DNA of 64,000 nucleotides. It comes from a virus. The notes under the pieces were generated by a model. That model was given only the letters and a program-made list of their open reading frames with translations. It was not told the DNA's origin and did not search any database. Where the stretch lies: positions 8,003 through 72,002 of the IMG/VR virus record IMGVR_UViG_3300045243_000021; one strand, written 5' to 3'. Positions 36,798 through 47,114 of this stretch are shown here, one piece after another. A program made the translations under genes and the position numbers. The first letter of the stretch is position 1. Each line of letters starts with the position of its first letter.

Positions 36798-38874
36798 CGC
36801 AACGGTGCTGGAGCAGATGGTGGTCAATCTGCTTGGCAACTCCGCGCCCTACGAGCAGATGCTCGAAAAGGCCGTGGCGATTACCAAGAGCCATACCGTC
36901 TCATTGGGCAATGAGGCGAACAAGCTGGCGGCCGAAGGCCAGCGCATCACGGAAGCGATGCGCACGCCATTCGAGGCGTACAACCGCCAGATTAGCAAGC
37001 TTGACGATCTGCTCCGCTCTGGGGCCATCTCGCAACAGACCTACGGCCGGGCTGCACAACAGGCCAGCGACCAGCTTGGCAAACTAACGATGTCGGCGCA
37101 ACAGAGTTCCGACGCACTCGGGAACGTCGCATCATCTTTGCTGGGTTCGCTTGCGCCGCTGGCGGCGGCTGGCTTTGCCATCCAGAAGACCAGGCAATTC
37201 CTGGACGAAAGCTTCGTCGCGTACGGCAACTTCCAAAAGGCCAATATCGTCCTTGACGCCACCCTGACAGCCAACAACCGCAACGTGGCCATGGCTAGCG
37301 CATCCTATGCACAGTGGGCCGATGCCGTCCAGCATTCCACCACCGTGGGGCGATTGCAAGCTATCACGCTCGTGACACAGAGTGAGCAGTTTGGTTTAAC
37401 TGGTGATCAGGCCAAGAAGGCGGCAGAGGACGCCATATCTCTGGGAGCGGCGACGGGACGCTCCGCCGATTCCATGATCCGGCTCACGCAGGCCATGGCC
37501 GAAGGCGACGTAACCGCTGCTCGCATGTTTCAGCGCATGGTCCCATCGTTACGGTCGGCCAAGACGGAATCGGAATTCCTGGCTCGCTACAGTCAACTCG
37601 TGGCGGCAGGTCAGCAAGCCATGGGCCGGGAAACCGAAACGGCAGCCGGTAAGGCTAAACAGGCGAGCAATGCCTGGGATCAGCTGGAACAGAATGTCGG
37701 CAAATCCCTGGGCGGTCGAGTTTACCAGGAATCGAAACTAGGCATCTTTGAAGCCATCAATTCACTCCTCGAAGGCAAGCTGGCGCACGGCACCGGGCCA
37801 ATGAAGGGCGGCAGCGACCATCCACGCGGCGTTGCCGAAGTCGAGTTGGGACCAACGCAGACTGCTCTTGCCGCTGCCGAGAAGTTGAACGAGGAACTGG
37901 ACAAGCAAATCACGTTGCTGACCCGCGGCGCTCATGCTGCCGAGATGGACGCCTTGGCCAAAGGACGTTTGACCGAAGAGCAGTTATCGGAGATTCGCGC
38001 CAAGCAGGCCCAGCTGGATTTGCTCAAAGCGGAAGAGGAAGAGGAAAAGAAAGCCGCCGAAGCCTACGCACAATCCGAAGCCAAGATCAAGCACCTGACT
38101 GAAGCTCTTGAGGAAGAGGCCGCCACGCTGGGCTTGACGGCTGACCAAATCAAGATGCATCAGCTCCAAATGGAAGCGGCGACGCAGGCTGAGTTGGATC
38201 ATGCCGAAGCACTGTCACGCGAAAAGGAAGAGTTCGATGCCAACGCCAAGTTAATGGTCCGGGTCGCTGCTTTGCGCAAAGAGATCATGACGGACGAAGA
38301 GAAACGGGACGCCGCCGTCGCTAACGCCGCCGACCTCTGGAAGCGTGGGGTCATTGGCATTGACGAGTACAACCGGGCCGTCGAGTTGGCCAACGAGAAG
38401 CTCAACAAGCATCACGACGTTGTAAAGCGCGTTTCCGACGTTCACCGCCAACTTCACCAGGAACTCGTCGGCAGTGCGGCTGCTAGCACGGCAATCTCGG
38501 ACTACTTGCTGTCCATCGGCTCACCCGACGGCGGCAAACGCAAGAAGCCTGCCCCACGCAACGAACTGGCCGACCGCTTTGCCGAGATTCAAGTAGGAGC
38601 CGACCGTCAGAAGGAATTCAACCTGGACATGGCCGCCGTGAAGTTGTGGGACGCCACCCGCAAGGGCCTCGACTTCAACCCCATCGATGCCCGCATCAAT
38701 GCCGCCGCGAACGAAGGCAAGGTTGACCCGCGGCTATTGCTGCCGGGCAACAACGGCGGGCCTGGGGCTATCGAATTGCCGGCAACGAATGAACTGCTCA
38801 AGGGCATCTTGGAACAACTGCAACAGCAGCAAGCTAATGCCATCGTCATCGAAGGAGCGGGGTTGAACGCCTAA
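36775..38874 (+). CDS. tape measure protein
   Basis: Ala/Gln-rich helical 699 aa; 'MRTPFEAY...GAISQQTYGRA' motif; synteny. Confidence 0.85.
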   Translation: MPVQGPVNATVLEQMVVNLLGNSAPYEQMLEKAVAITKSHTVSLGNEANKLAAEGQRITEAMRTPFEAYNRQISKLDDLLRSGAISQQTYGRAAQQASDQLGKLTMSAQQSSDALGNVASSLLGSLAPLAAAGFAIQKTRQFLDESFVAYGNFQKANIVLDATLTANNRNVAMASASYAQWADAVQHSTTVGRLQAITLVTQSEQFGLTGDQAKKAAEDAISLGAATGRSADSMIRLTQAMAEGDVTAARMFQRMVPSLRSAKTESEFLARYSQLVAAGQQAMGRETETAAGKAKQASNAWDQLEQNVGKSLGGRVYQESKLGIFEAINSLLEGKLAHGTGPMKGGSDHPRGVAEVELGPTQTALAAAEKLNEELDKQITLLTRGAHAAEMDALAKGRLTEEQLSEIRAKQAQLDLLKAEEEEEKKAAEAYAQSEAKIKHLTEALEEEAATLGLTADQIKMHQLQMEAATQAELDHAEALSREKEEFDANAKLMVRVAALRKEIMTDEEKRDAAVANAADLWKRGVIGIDEYNRAVELANEKLNKHHDVVKRVSDVHRQLHQELVGSAAASTAISDYLLSIGSPDGGKRKKPAPRNELADRFAEIQVGADRQKEFNLDMAAVKLWDATRKGLDFNPIDARINAAANEGKVDPRLLLPGNNGGPGAIELPATNELLKGILEQLQQQQANAIVIEGAGLNA

Positions 38875-39872
38875 TGGCACGCACAGAGTTATTCCTGGGT
38901 GACGGACGCCGCTCGTGGTCGCTGTCGCGCGACGATACGGGCTACCGCACCTACAAAATCAAGTTCCTCGTGCATTCCAAGATCGACGGCGTGTTCCCCG
39001 GCCCGGCGGAAGTCTCGAATACGCCCGGCCTACCGGTCATCGGCTCAACGTGGCTCTACGGCGGCGACATCGACGTATGGGTATGGTGCCATGCCAAGGC
39101 TGACGTCAAGCCGTTGTGGAACGACGAGCCATGCGATTGGTGGGAATGCGAATACGAGTTCTCCAACAAGCCAGTATCGAATGACCGCTGCCAGGACAAC
39201 CCGATTCAGGACCCGTTGTTGGAACCGCAGCACGTCAGCGGTAGCTTCGTCAAATACGTCAAGGAAGCCGCCTACGACCGCTTCGGCACGCCGTTAACGA
39301 CGTCGGCACGGGAACAGCTCAGAGGCCCCCAGGTCGAGTTCGACTACAACCGCCCGCAGATTGTGATTGAGCAGAATGTCGGCGTACTCAATCTGCCGCT
39401 GTGTGCGTCGATGGTGGACACGGTGAATGCGTCGGCCATTTGGGGCGTGTCGCCGCGGTGTGTGAAGCTATCCGACTTCACCTGGGAACGGAAGGTGTAC
39501 GGGTCGTGCTACTACTACTACACCCGCCGCTTCACGTTTGACATCGACTTCAACACGTTCGACCGGGACTTGCTGGACCAGGGAACGATTTGCCTGCGGG
39601 GTGCGTGGGCAACTCGGGCAGACGATCCATTATTTGGTGATTGGGTGCTTGATTCACAAGTACCAAAGCGGGTAGGCAGCACCACCAAACCGAGCGCCCT
39701 AATTCGGTTCACCGATTGGCATGGCAATCCATCGTCTGTGATTTTGAACGGCCACGGCTTGCCGTGGAACCCCGATCCGGCCGGTACAGGTGACGATACA
39801 GCAGGCAGCATCCACGTGGAGCATTACGACGAAAGTGACTTTACGCTTTTGTCGATCCCGTTGGTATTTTAG
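38874..39872 (+). CDS. tail tip/distal tail protein
   Basis: TAATG overlap with the tape measure gene. Confidence 0.6.
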   Translation: MARTELFLGDGRRSWSLSRDDTGYRTYKIKFLVHSKIDGVFPGPAEVSNTPGLPVIGSTWLYGGDIDVWVWCHAKADVKPLWNDEPCDWWECEYEFSNKPVSNDRCQDNPIQDPLLEPQHVSGSFVKYVKEAAYDRFGTPLTTSAREQLRGPQVEFDYNRPQIVIEQNVGVLNLPLCASMVDTVNASAIWGVSPRCVKLSDFTWERKVYGSCYYYYTRRFTFDIDFNTFDRDLLDQGTICLRGAWATRADDPLFGDWVLDSQVPKRVGSTTKPSALIRFTDWHGNPSSVILNGHGLPWNPDPAGTGDDTAGSIHVEHYDESDFTLLSIPLVF

Positions 39873-39884
39873 TTTGGAGCAACC

Positions 39885-40340
39885 ATGGCCAATGAGATTG
39901 CGGTGAGTGCAAGGCTTACCATTGCCAGTGGGACGCTGAATTACAATAGCGCACCAACCACCTATCAGGCCGATATGGCTGGCCTCAAAGGGCCGGCCCC
40001 TGGTGCCATCAGTGTGCCGCTTGGGTTTGGTGTGGACGTGGACTTTAGCCAGTTCACCAACTACGGCCTCGCTCCCGGCTGGGGCACGGCCCAGAACCTT
40101 TCGACCGATACCGGCAACAACTACGTGGACATCGGCATCTATGAGCCAGCCACCGGCATCTTCTATCCGTTGTTGGAACTACTGCCCGGCCAGATTCTTC
40201 CACTTCAGCTGAGCCGTAACTTGTTTGAAGAGTTCATCGGCACGATTACCGGAACAGGCACAACGGCCACGAACAATACGCTCCGCGTGCGTGCCCACGG
40301 GTCGAGCTGTGACGTGGTGTTCAACTTCTTTGCCAAGTAA
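39885..40340 (+). CDS. tail-associated structural protein
   Basis: GGAG RBS; beta-rich; TGTGT motif. Confidence 0.55.
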   Translation: MANEIAVSARLTIASGTLNYNSAPTTYQADMAGLKGPAPGAISVPLGFGVDVDFSQFTNYGLAPGWGTAQNLSTDTGNNYVDIGIYEPATGIFYPLLELLPGQILPLQLSRNLFEEFIGTITGTGTTATNNTLRVRAHGSSCDVVFNFFAK

Positions 40341-40343
40341 TTC

Positions 40344-40934
40344 ATGGAGGAGCAACCCATGACGCAAGGTGAGATTCTCAAGCTCAAGACGCAGACCCGC
40401 GAGAGACTCGCACGCCTTGATGGGCCTTTGCCATCCATGCAACTAGCGCCGGTCCCCATCCCTAAGGGGCGGCTTACCCTCGTCGAGCAAATCTGCCACC
40501 GTGCCCCGAATGCCGAGCCCGCTTCCGCTGACAATCACTGGGGCATAGAGATGAGTACGGATGCCCAGCCCTACCAGCGCCGGCTGACGATAGGGCCGGA
40601 GTGGACATCGCTCGATTGCGGCTGGGCGGACGAATGGCGGGTGCCTGGCGGCATTCTGTCCCTCTGCAACCATTACCCCGTCTGGCAAGTTCTCCCCACG
40701 GACGAAGAGAAAGCCCGCGCCGATGCCCGGATCGTGTGGGTGTGCTTCCTGCCTCCGCAGACCGAAGAAGGCCAACGGACGCAGTTCAGTCCAGTCCAAA
40801 TAGCCCCATGGGAAGCTCATGCTTTGCGGCCTGGCGAATCGTTACGCATTCCGGTGATGGACCTGGGGCGCGTGCGGGTGAAGTGCGCGACGGACCAGAC
40901 GAAAGCCACGGTGACGATCTTCCCACGAGGTTAG
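40344..40934 (+). CDS. hypothetical tail-region protein
   Basis: ORF in operon. Confidence 0.55.
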   Translation: MEEQPMTQGEILKLKTQTRERLARLDGPLPSMQLAPVPIPKGRLTLVEQICHRAPNAEPASADNHWGIEMSTDAQPYQRRLTIGPEWTSLDCGWADEWRVPGGILSLCNHYPVWQVLPTDEEKARADARIVWVCFLPPQTEEGQRTQFSPVQIAPWEAHALRPGESLRIPVMDLGRVRVKCATDQTKATVTIFPRG

Positions 40935-40935
40935 C

Positions 40936-41835
40936 GTGGCCGACAAGATTTACGCACTATCCGAGAAGGACCACCAGATACTACAGGAGTTCCTGCGGTA
41001 TCAGCGGAAGCTGCGCGTCAATCCGTTGCATTACCCGACCGTCAAGGATGACATGCAAACTCCGGACATATACGTGGCCCAAGCTCCTAGTGGTGGGTTG
41101 GCGCAAATTAAGCCAGAAGAGGAAAGCGGTTTTACTGGTACGGGGTTTGAGGCTGGTGCAGCTGATTGCCAAATCTATCGCGTGGTGCTCGACGACAACA
41201 GCAATCCGCATCTAGAAGCTGTCTCAGCCTTGATCCGTACCGTCTACAACGTAAGTGGCCGTGACATCCTGGAGCACGCCTACTTTCCCGTAGTACGCGA
41301 CAAATGGGGGTCGTGGCTGGCGGCCGCTACTGGACCGAGCGACGTACTTATCGTTCGTGCACCATTTACCGGCATCCCTGCACTTACAGAGCAACCAGGA
41401 ACGGAATTCTCAGAGGATCAATCGAACAATGCCGTTTGCAATGTCTACCACATGGCAGACGATGGCCGTATACGTCCAAGCAATTACAGTATCACCGTTT
41501 GGAACGTCAACCAGACGCCTATATTTGGTAATCAGTGGCTCGTAGTCGTTCGCTCACGTGACGAACATTGGCTGGCTATCAATCCGCGTATCATCGTCAA
41601 AGGGGTCATGACGTCGCTCTTGCAAGCTGGCGGACTAGGAACAATGGATGTATACGACTGGGATCAGCAGCACACAGGAACCGGAACGAGCGACACGGAA
41701 GAAAGCCCGACTGGCGGCACGCTTACCGTGTACGATTGGCTCTTACGTAGCGGACAAACGATAACGAGCGGCACGCGCGTGATTGTGGCATGGATTGGCG
41801 GGCGATGGTACGTCATTGCGGCCCAGTGTCCATAG
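40936..41835 (+). CDS. tail tip protein with internal repeats
   Basis: Three related beta modules ending in a W-L/Y-A/V strand; TGTG motifs. Confidence 0.6.
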   Translation: MADKIYALSEKDHQILQEFLRYQRKLRVNPLHYPTVKDDMQTPDIYVAQAPSGGLAQIKPEEESGFTGTGFEAGAADCQIYRVVLDDNSNPHLEAVSALIRTVYNVSGRDILEHAYFPVVRDKWGSWLAAATGPSDVLIVRAPFTGIPALTEQPGTEFSEDQSNNAVCNVYHMADDGRIRPSNYSITVWNVNQTPIFGNQWLVVVRSRDEHWLAINPRIIVKGVMTSLLQAGGLGTMDVYDWDQQHTGTGTSDTEESPTGGTLTVYDWLLRSGQTITSGTRVIVAWIGGRWYVIAAQCP

Positions 41836-41842
41836 GAGTTGC

Positions 41843-42430
41843 ATGCGCTTCGCGCCAGGATGTACTTGTTGTGGTCCCACGGGCACCGGAACATTCGGGA
41901 CCGGTACAGTTGTCACTGACAAATGCTGCCCAAACAGCCTGGTATACACCAACCAGTATCAAGTCATCGTGCCCATCCTGAGCCCATGGAACCAGCCATG
42001 CAATAACCCGCCTATATTTCCTGCGGTGTGCTATGGCGACGGCACGTGGGTGATGACCAATATCGGTCCTGATGCTGGTGGCAACTTTAGATGTATATGG
42101 ACTGCGGATGACCGCCTGCTTGGGATCGCGTGCGACGGCAGCACGTTGACTAGTCACGCCATTCTGCAAATAGGCGGGGCTGTGTTTTGGCCGCCGGGCG
42201 TCTGGGACACCACGCCGCTAGGCGTACAACTCAGCATACCGGTCCAAGTGGCCAACAACAGCGTACCCCAGTTCCTGCGCTACGTGGTCCCATGCGCCCA
42301 GGTCAGCACCGGGACCGGTACGCTAACGGCGCAGTTCAACCCGCTGGGGTCATCCATTCTATACTTAGACAATCACATAGCTGTTAATTGCACTGGAGCG
42401 CCGCTGACTCTACAACTGGATGCAATATGA
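41843..42430 (+). CDS. Cys-rich tail-associated protein
   Basis: GGAG RBS; GCTCCG...KCC; TGTGT motifs. Confidence 0.55.
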   Translation: MRFAPGCTCCGPTGTGTFGTGTVVTDKCCPNSLVYTNQYQVIVPILSPWNQPCNNPPIFPAVCYGDGTWVMTNIGPDAGGNFRCIWTADDRLLGIACDGSTLTSHAILQIGGAVFWPPGVWDTTPLGVQLSIPVQVANNSVPQFLRYVVPCAQVSTGTGTLTAQFNPLGSSILYLDNHIAVNCTGAPLTLQLDAI

Positions 42431-43563
42431 ACATGGAGCTACCAGCATGCCAGCATCGGGAGGTAATTAATGACCAAGAGTGTATCTGTCATTCTGAACG
42501 ATTGGTATTCCCCAGTGGACGGCACATTCAGAATGACCTTTGCCGTTACACGTGTCCGGAACGCTATCGGATCACGCCGAATGTCGGACCCGAACGCTTG
42601 CAACAGCAAGCCCGCGAAATCATGCGGCTTGTACCTTGTCGGCATCTCGGCACGCACGTGCGCAACGAAGTCTGCCCTACGTGCAATGGGCACGTCGAAA
42701 TCAAGGTGTTTGGGTGCCCCATCAAAGGCGAATGCACACGGGCCAGATCGGTGTCAGGCGTTTCAACGCAGTGCGTTCGATGCGAAGCGTACGAGCCACG
42801 TTTGCAGCCAGTAACGCGACCTATCACGGAGGCTAGAGGCATGAAGTGGCAGGCCGGGATTACGACCGTCCCGTCTCGCAAGAAAGACCTGTTGCCGCGC
42901 ACCATCGCTTCCTTGAAGGCCGGCGGGTTCACGAACATGCGGCTATTTGTGGACGGCGACAACACGCCCCACGAATGGGAAGACGAGTACGGCTTACCGA
43001 CGACGTGCCGTGATCCGGCTCTCAGGACCGCTGGCAACTGGGTAATGAGCCTATATGAACTATGGGTCAGGGACACCGGGGCCGACCTCTACGCCATCTT
43101 CCAGGACGATTGCGTCTGCTCGCTGAACTTGAAACCCTACCTCGATGCGCTGGCCCATAAACGCTATCCGGGGAACGGACTCTACAAGGAATACTGGAAT
43201 CTTTACACCTTCCCGCAGAATCAGAATCTTGCACCGAAAAGTGCCGCGGGTGGAACAGAATACGGTTTTTTCCGGGCCAACCAGCTAGGTAAGGGAGCCG
43301 TAGGGCTCGTGCTGCCCACGGATGCGGTGTTGGATCTGCTCGGGGACCGGTCTTTTGTGGAACGTCACCGCGATCCGGCACGAGGACACAAGAGTATCGA
43401 CGGCGGGATTGTGACGTGCCTTAAAAAGCATGGCTGGACGGAGTTGTGCCATCATCCGTCGCTGTTGCAGCACACGGGAGAGCAGAGTTCTATGGGCAAT
43501 GCCAAGCATCGGTTGGCGGAAAACTTCAAAGGTGAGGACTTCGATTTACTAACCTTGCTGTAG
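42427..43563 (+). CDS. Cys-rich N-terminal domain plus GT-A-like glycosyltransferase
   Basis: ITTVPSR...LPRTIASL, IFQDD (DxD-like), PSLLQHTG. Confidence 0.7.
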   Translation: MNMELPACQHREVINDQECICHSERLVFPSGRHIQNDLCRYTCPERYRITPNVGPERLQQQAREIMRLVPCRHLGTHVRNEVCPTCNGHVEIKVFGCPIKGECTRARSVSGVSTQCVRCEAYEPRLQPVTRPITEARGMKWQAGITTVPSRKKDLLPRTIASLKAGGFTNMRLFVDGDNTPHEWEDEYGLPTTCRDPALRTAGNWVMSLYELWVRDTGADLYAIFQDDCVCSLNLKPYLDALAHKRYPGNGLYKEYWNLYTFPQNQNLAPKSAAGGTEYGFFRANQLGKGAVGLVLPTDAVLDLLGDRSFVERHRDPARGHKSIDGGIVTCLKKHGWTELCHHPSLLQHTGEQSSMGNAKHRLAENFKGEDFDLLTLL

Positions 43564-43569
43564 GGCACC

Positions 43570-43785
43570 ATGGGATTCGGTGACGGCATACACGCGGCAT
43601 TGGAGATGGTAGGCGTCACGGAAGAACGGGTGCGGAAGTGGCTGGGCCATGCGTGCCAAGGATGCAAGGAACGGCGGGACCGCCTCAACGCGCTCGGCTG
43701 GTGGGCACGACGGGTACTGACAGGCAAGACAGCGGATGCGGTGAAGCACTTGGATAACCTGATGGAGGAGCAACCAGATGAGTGA
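43570..43785 (+). CDS. small Cys-motif protein
   Basis: GFGD...CQGCKERRDRLN. Confidence 0.65.
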   Translation: MGFGDGIHAALEMVGVTEERVRKWLGHACQGCKERRDRLNALGWWARRVLTGKTADAVKHLDNLMEEQPDE

Positions 43786-46429
43786 AAGCGGGCCAGTTCT
43801 TACGTCAGTTCCAGTCTGCAACGCAACTACGTTACCCAAAGACCAGTGGCTAAAACTGCCTGACGGAAAGCTGGACGGCATGAAAGCTGTACCATGGCCT
43901 AATGTTACCGCTACCGCCTGCCGAGCCTGTGGTCACGTCGGCTTCACGTCGCTTTACTCGCTCGGTGAGCACGCCGTCAACGATTTCCCCACGAAGGAAC
44001 AGCTAGGCAAGGGGCCGCGGTGTCCTATCGACATAGTGCTATGTCCGAACTGCTCGCTCGTGCAACAGCGGCACACGGCACCGCAGGAGTTGCTGTACAC
44101 GCGGCGTTACTGGTATCGCTCGGGGCAAACACAGACCATGGTTCAGGAGTTGACGGCACTGGCCCACGAAATTCAATCGCGGGTGCCGTTCACCGAAGAC
44201 GACGTGGTGCTTGACATCGGTTGCCTACCAGACGGATTCGTCTATGGCGACGCCTTTGTTCAGCGTGACATCAGGGAAGTTAAGACCGGAGACATGGTGC
44301 TCGGTCGCTCTGGATTCGTGCGCGTCACAAACACGTTCATGCGTGAGTACGATGGTGAATTAGTGGCTGTGCGGCTTTTAGGCGACCCGCGCGTATTGCG
44401 ACTGACGCCGCATCATAAGGTGCTTGTGGTGCCGCACGCTACCGGGAGCAATCTAACGGCTGAGCGTGCTGCGTCGTATTATGCGGCGGCAATGCCACAA
44501 TGGAGAGCAGCCGAAGCGTTACGCGAGGGCGACTACTGCCTGATGCCGCCATGCGAAACGAGTGCGCCGTTAATCACCGAGATTTTCATGTCGGCCACCG
44601 TGCAATGCGAGACAGACGGTGACACGGCATATGCACAACAACGCCACGGTGCAACTGGAGCTATTCAGCGTGCCTCAAATCAGAATCCGGTTCCTGAGCG
44701 GTATCCGTTAACAGAGGCGTTCGGACGATTACTCGGTTATTACATCGCTGAAGGTAGTGGCGACGGAGTAACCTGCGAAGCATTTTCGTTCTCGTTCCAC
44801 ACCAAAGAAACGGAATATGTGGCTGACGTTCAGCAGCTTGTAGCGAGCGTGTTCGGCCTAAAAACAACGCTATCCGCTGGCAATGGCCAAACGGCCGTGG
44901 TGAGTGTGTCGTCCGCCTTGGTGAAGCGATTCATGCAAGCATTGGTAGGCAGCGGCGCGGCCAACAAGCGTTTGCCACCTTTTGTGTTTGCCGCCCCCGT
45001 GGAATTCGTGACTGGGTTGCTGACTGGCATGTTTCGTGGAGACGGAAGCTTCACGGCGGGCATGGCCAAATACGACACCGTATCTGAGGTGCTCGCATAC
45101 CATGTGAAGGCATTGCTTCTGCGTTTCGGCGTCAACAGCTCAGTTATGCCAAACAAGCCGAATGGGTTCGGCAAGGCAAATGGCAAAACGCTATTGTCGG
45201 TGCGCATTTTCGGTAAGGCTGACCTTGGCGTGTTGTCGCGGCTGGTCGGTGAAGTGATACCGTGCCAATCAAACAAATCTCAAGTTAATTGGCCGCAGTG
45301 CCGTGGCATGACGCTCGTCCGAATTGTATCGGCTGTGCGGGAGCAGTATGCTGGACCAGTCTACAACTTGGAGACGACGGACAATAGTTATGTCGCGTCA
45401 TCGGCGATAGTTCACAACTCAAATGACGGCACGTTTCTGCGGGCCTTTACTAAGCCGTGCACCAAGGTGGGCGTTGAACCAGCCACGAACCTGCACGACG
45501 AAGGCGCACGCGGTATCGACATGCTCATCAGGGATTTCTGGGACGTGGACGTTGACAGGCCGCCGTATCTGTTTGGCGATTCGTCGTGCCTTGCTAAGCG
45601 GGCCAAAGTCATTACTGCTTTGGGCATGTTCTACGATCTCGACAACCCCGGCCAGTTCATCGCCGACGTTGCCAAGGTGCTTGCTCCTGATGGCGTCTTC
45701 GTAGCCCAGTTCATGGGCCTCAAGCAGATGATGGCCACCAACGACATCGGCAATCTATGCCACGAGCATATCGAATTTTGGACACTCAAGAGCTTGTCGC
45801 GATTGCTCGATAAGTGCGGCCTCGAAATCTTCGACGTGGCAGAGAACAAGGTAAACGGCGGCTCGTATCGGCTGTGGATACGGCACAAATCTGACGCATT
45901 TTGTTCCATTAACGACCATGAGTATGACTTCAAAGAGAATCGGCTGGTTAGGCGAGAATCTGCCACATTTCCATCGTTTTCTGTGGAAGCATACGACCGA
46001 GTTACTGCCGCCTTCAAGGCCGAAGCGCATCTAGACTCACCAGAGTACCACCGCGAATGGTTCCGGCGGCTGGAGTTAGACAAGGAACGCATTGTCAGCT
46101 TCATCCGCGATGCCGTGCTAGAACATCGCAAAGCATGGTGCTTCGGTGCCTCGACCAAAGGTAACACAATCCTCCAGTGGCTCGGGCTGAACGCAAACAT
46201 GATCGAGGCCGCCGTGGACAAGTCGGCGGAGAAGGTGGGCCGGTATACCGTCAACGGCATTCCCATTCGCTCAGAGGAAGAGTTCAGGAAGGCGAACCCG
46301 CATTTTGCGCTCATCTTGCCCTATGCCTTCGTGGATGAGTTCGTGGAACGGGAGAAGGCGTGGCTAAAGCGTGGCGGTAAATTCATCGTGCCGTTGCCCA
46401 AATTCCATGTCATTGAGAACATGCCATGA
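43778..46429 (+). CDS. NDP-sugar C-methyltransferase containing an intein
   Basis: Zn-binding CRACG/CPNCSLVQ; spliced VLDIG|SNDGT SAM motif; CHEHIEF; FGASTKGNT. Confidence 0.88.
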   Translation: MSESGPVLTSVPVCNATTLPKDQWLKLPDGKLDGMKAVPWPNVTATACRACGHVGFTSLYSLGEHAVNDFPTKEQLGKGPRCPIDIVLCPNCSLVQQRHTAPQELLYTRRYWYRSGQTQTMVQELTALAHEIQSRVPFTEDDVVLDIGCLPDGFVYGDAFVQRDIREVKTGDMVLGRSGFVRVTNTFMREYDGELVAVRLLGDPRVLRLTPHHKVLVVPHATGSNLTAERAASYYAAAMPQWRAAEALREGDYCLMPPCETSAPLITEIFMSATVQCETDGDTAYAQQRHGATGAIQRASNQNPVPERYPLTEAFGRLLGYYIAEGSGDGVTCEAFSFSFHTKETEYVADVQQLVASVFGLKTTLSAGNGQTAVVSVSSALVKRFMQALVGSGAANKRLPPFVFAAPVEFVTGLLTGMFRGDGSFTAGMAKYDTVSEVLAYHVKALLLRFGVNSSVMPNKPNGFGKANGKTLLSVRIFGKADLGVLSRLVGEVIPCQSNKSQVNWPQCRGMTLVRIVSAVREQYAGPVYNLETTDNSYVASSAIVHNSNDGTFLRAFTKPCTKVGVEPATNLHDEGARGIDMLIRDFWDVDVDRPPYLFGDSSCLAKRAKVITALGMFYDLDNPGQFIADVAKVLAPDGVFVAQFMGLKQMMATNDIGNLCHEHIEFWTLKSLSRLLDKCGLEIFDVAENKVNGGSYRLWIRHKSDAFCSINDHEYDFKENRLVRRESATFPSFSVEAYDRVTAAFKAEAHLDSPEYHREWFRRLELDKERIVSFIRDAVLEHRKAWCFGASTKGNTILQWLGLNANMIEAAVDKSAEKVGRYTVNGIPIRSEEEFRKANPHFALILPYAFVDEFVEREKAWLKRGGKFIVPLPKFHVIENMP
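44222..45418 (+). mobile_element. intein with LAGLIDADG endonuclease (399 aa)
   Basis: Starts CLPDG, block B TPHHK, GYYIAEGS and GMFRGDG, ends AIVHN followed by Ser. Confidence 0.92.
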
Positions 46430-46485
46430 GCGAACGGAAACGCTCTCTAATACTCGGCATCGGTGGGCAAGAGGAATCAATCTAA
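46426..46485 (+). pseudogene. orphaned N-terminal stub of the Gmd-like gene
   Basis: MSERKRSLILGIGGQEESI* versus MSATKRSLILGVGGMDGS at 47111. Confidence 0.8.
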
Positions 46486-47114
46486 TGCCAGCAAAAATGT
46501 ACTTAAAGGACAAAAAGTGCGTCGTCTGCAAGAGGGCGTTCAATCGCACACTACGACCCAATGGCGACCTGGAAGCTCCGACGCATTACGCCGCTCGTGT
46601 GTATTGCTCCATGTCATGTTGTGCGTATTACCGTCGTGTAATATGTCCAGCACCAGCGATCAGACAGATGGATAAATTGACTAGCGAGCAATGGGCATAT
46701 TTGGCTGGCATATTCGATGGTGAAGGCTCAGTGTATCTGCGACGCGCATACAACCGCTATGGTCCTCGTCGCACGTTTAGCCTATCAGTGACAGTTGTAT
46801 GCGGATGTCATCGCAATGCGATTGCACGCATCAACAGAATGATTGGCACCAAAACTCTCGAAAAGATTAACGGCACAGGCAACAAAAGAACGGCGTGGCG
46901 CATTCGTCTGCACGGCTCTCAAGCTACTCGTTTCTTGGAAGGCGTTCAGCCATTCGTGTTAATGAAAACACGCCAAATTAAAATTGCCATTGCATTCCAG
47001 AAAGCAAAGCCGAGTCGCGGCATGCATCCTTTGTCCGAAACGCATGTTCAATTTGAACAGAAATGTAAGGATGAACTTACGATTCTCAATCAACGCGGAG
47101 TACAGCACGAATGA
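46485..47114 (+). CDS. free-standing LAGLIDADG homing endonuclease
   Basis: AYLAGIFDGEGSV; N-terminal CVVC...YCSMSC; TAATG and ATGA coupling. Confidence 0.88.
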   Translation: MPAKMYLKDKKCVVCKRAFNRTLRPNGDLEAPTHYAARVYCSMSCCAYYRRVICPAPAIRQMDKLTSEQWAYLAGIFDGEGSVYLRRAYNRYGPRRTFSLSVTVVCGCHRNAIARINRMIGTKTLEKINGTGNKRTAWRIRLHGSQATRFLEGVQPFVLMKTRQIKIAIAFQKAKPSRGMHPLSETHVQFEQKCKDELTILNQRGVQHE

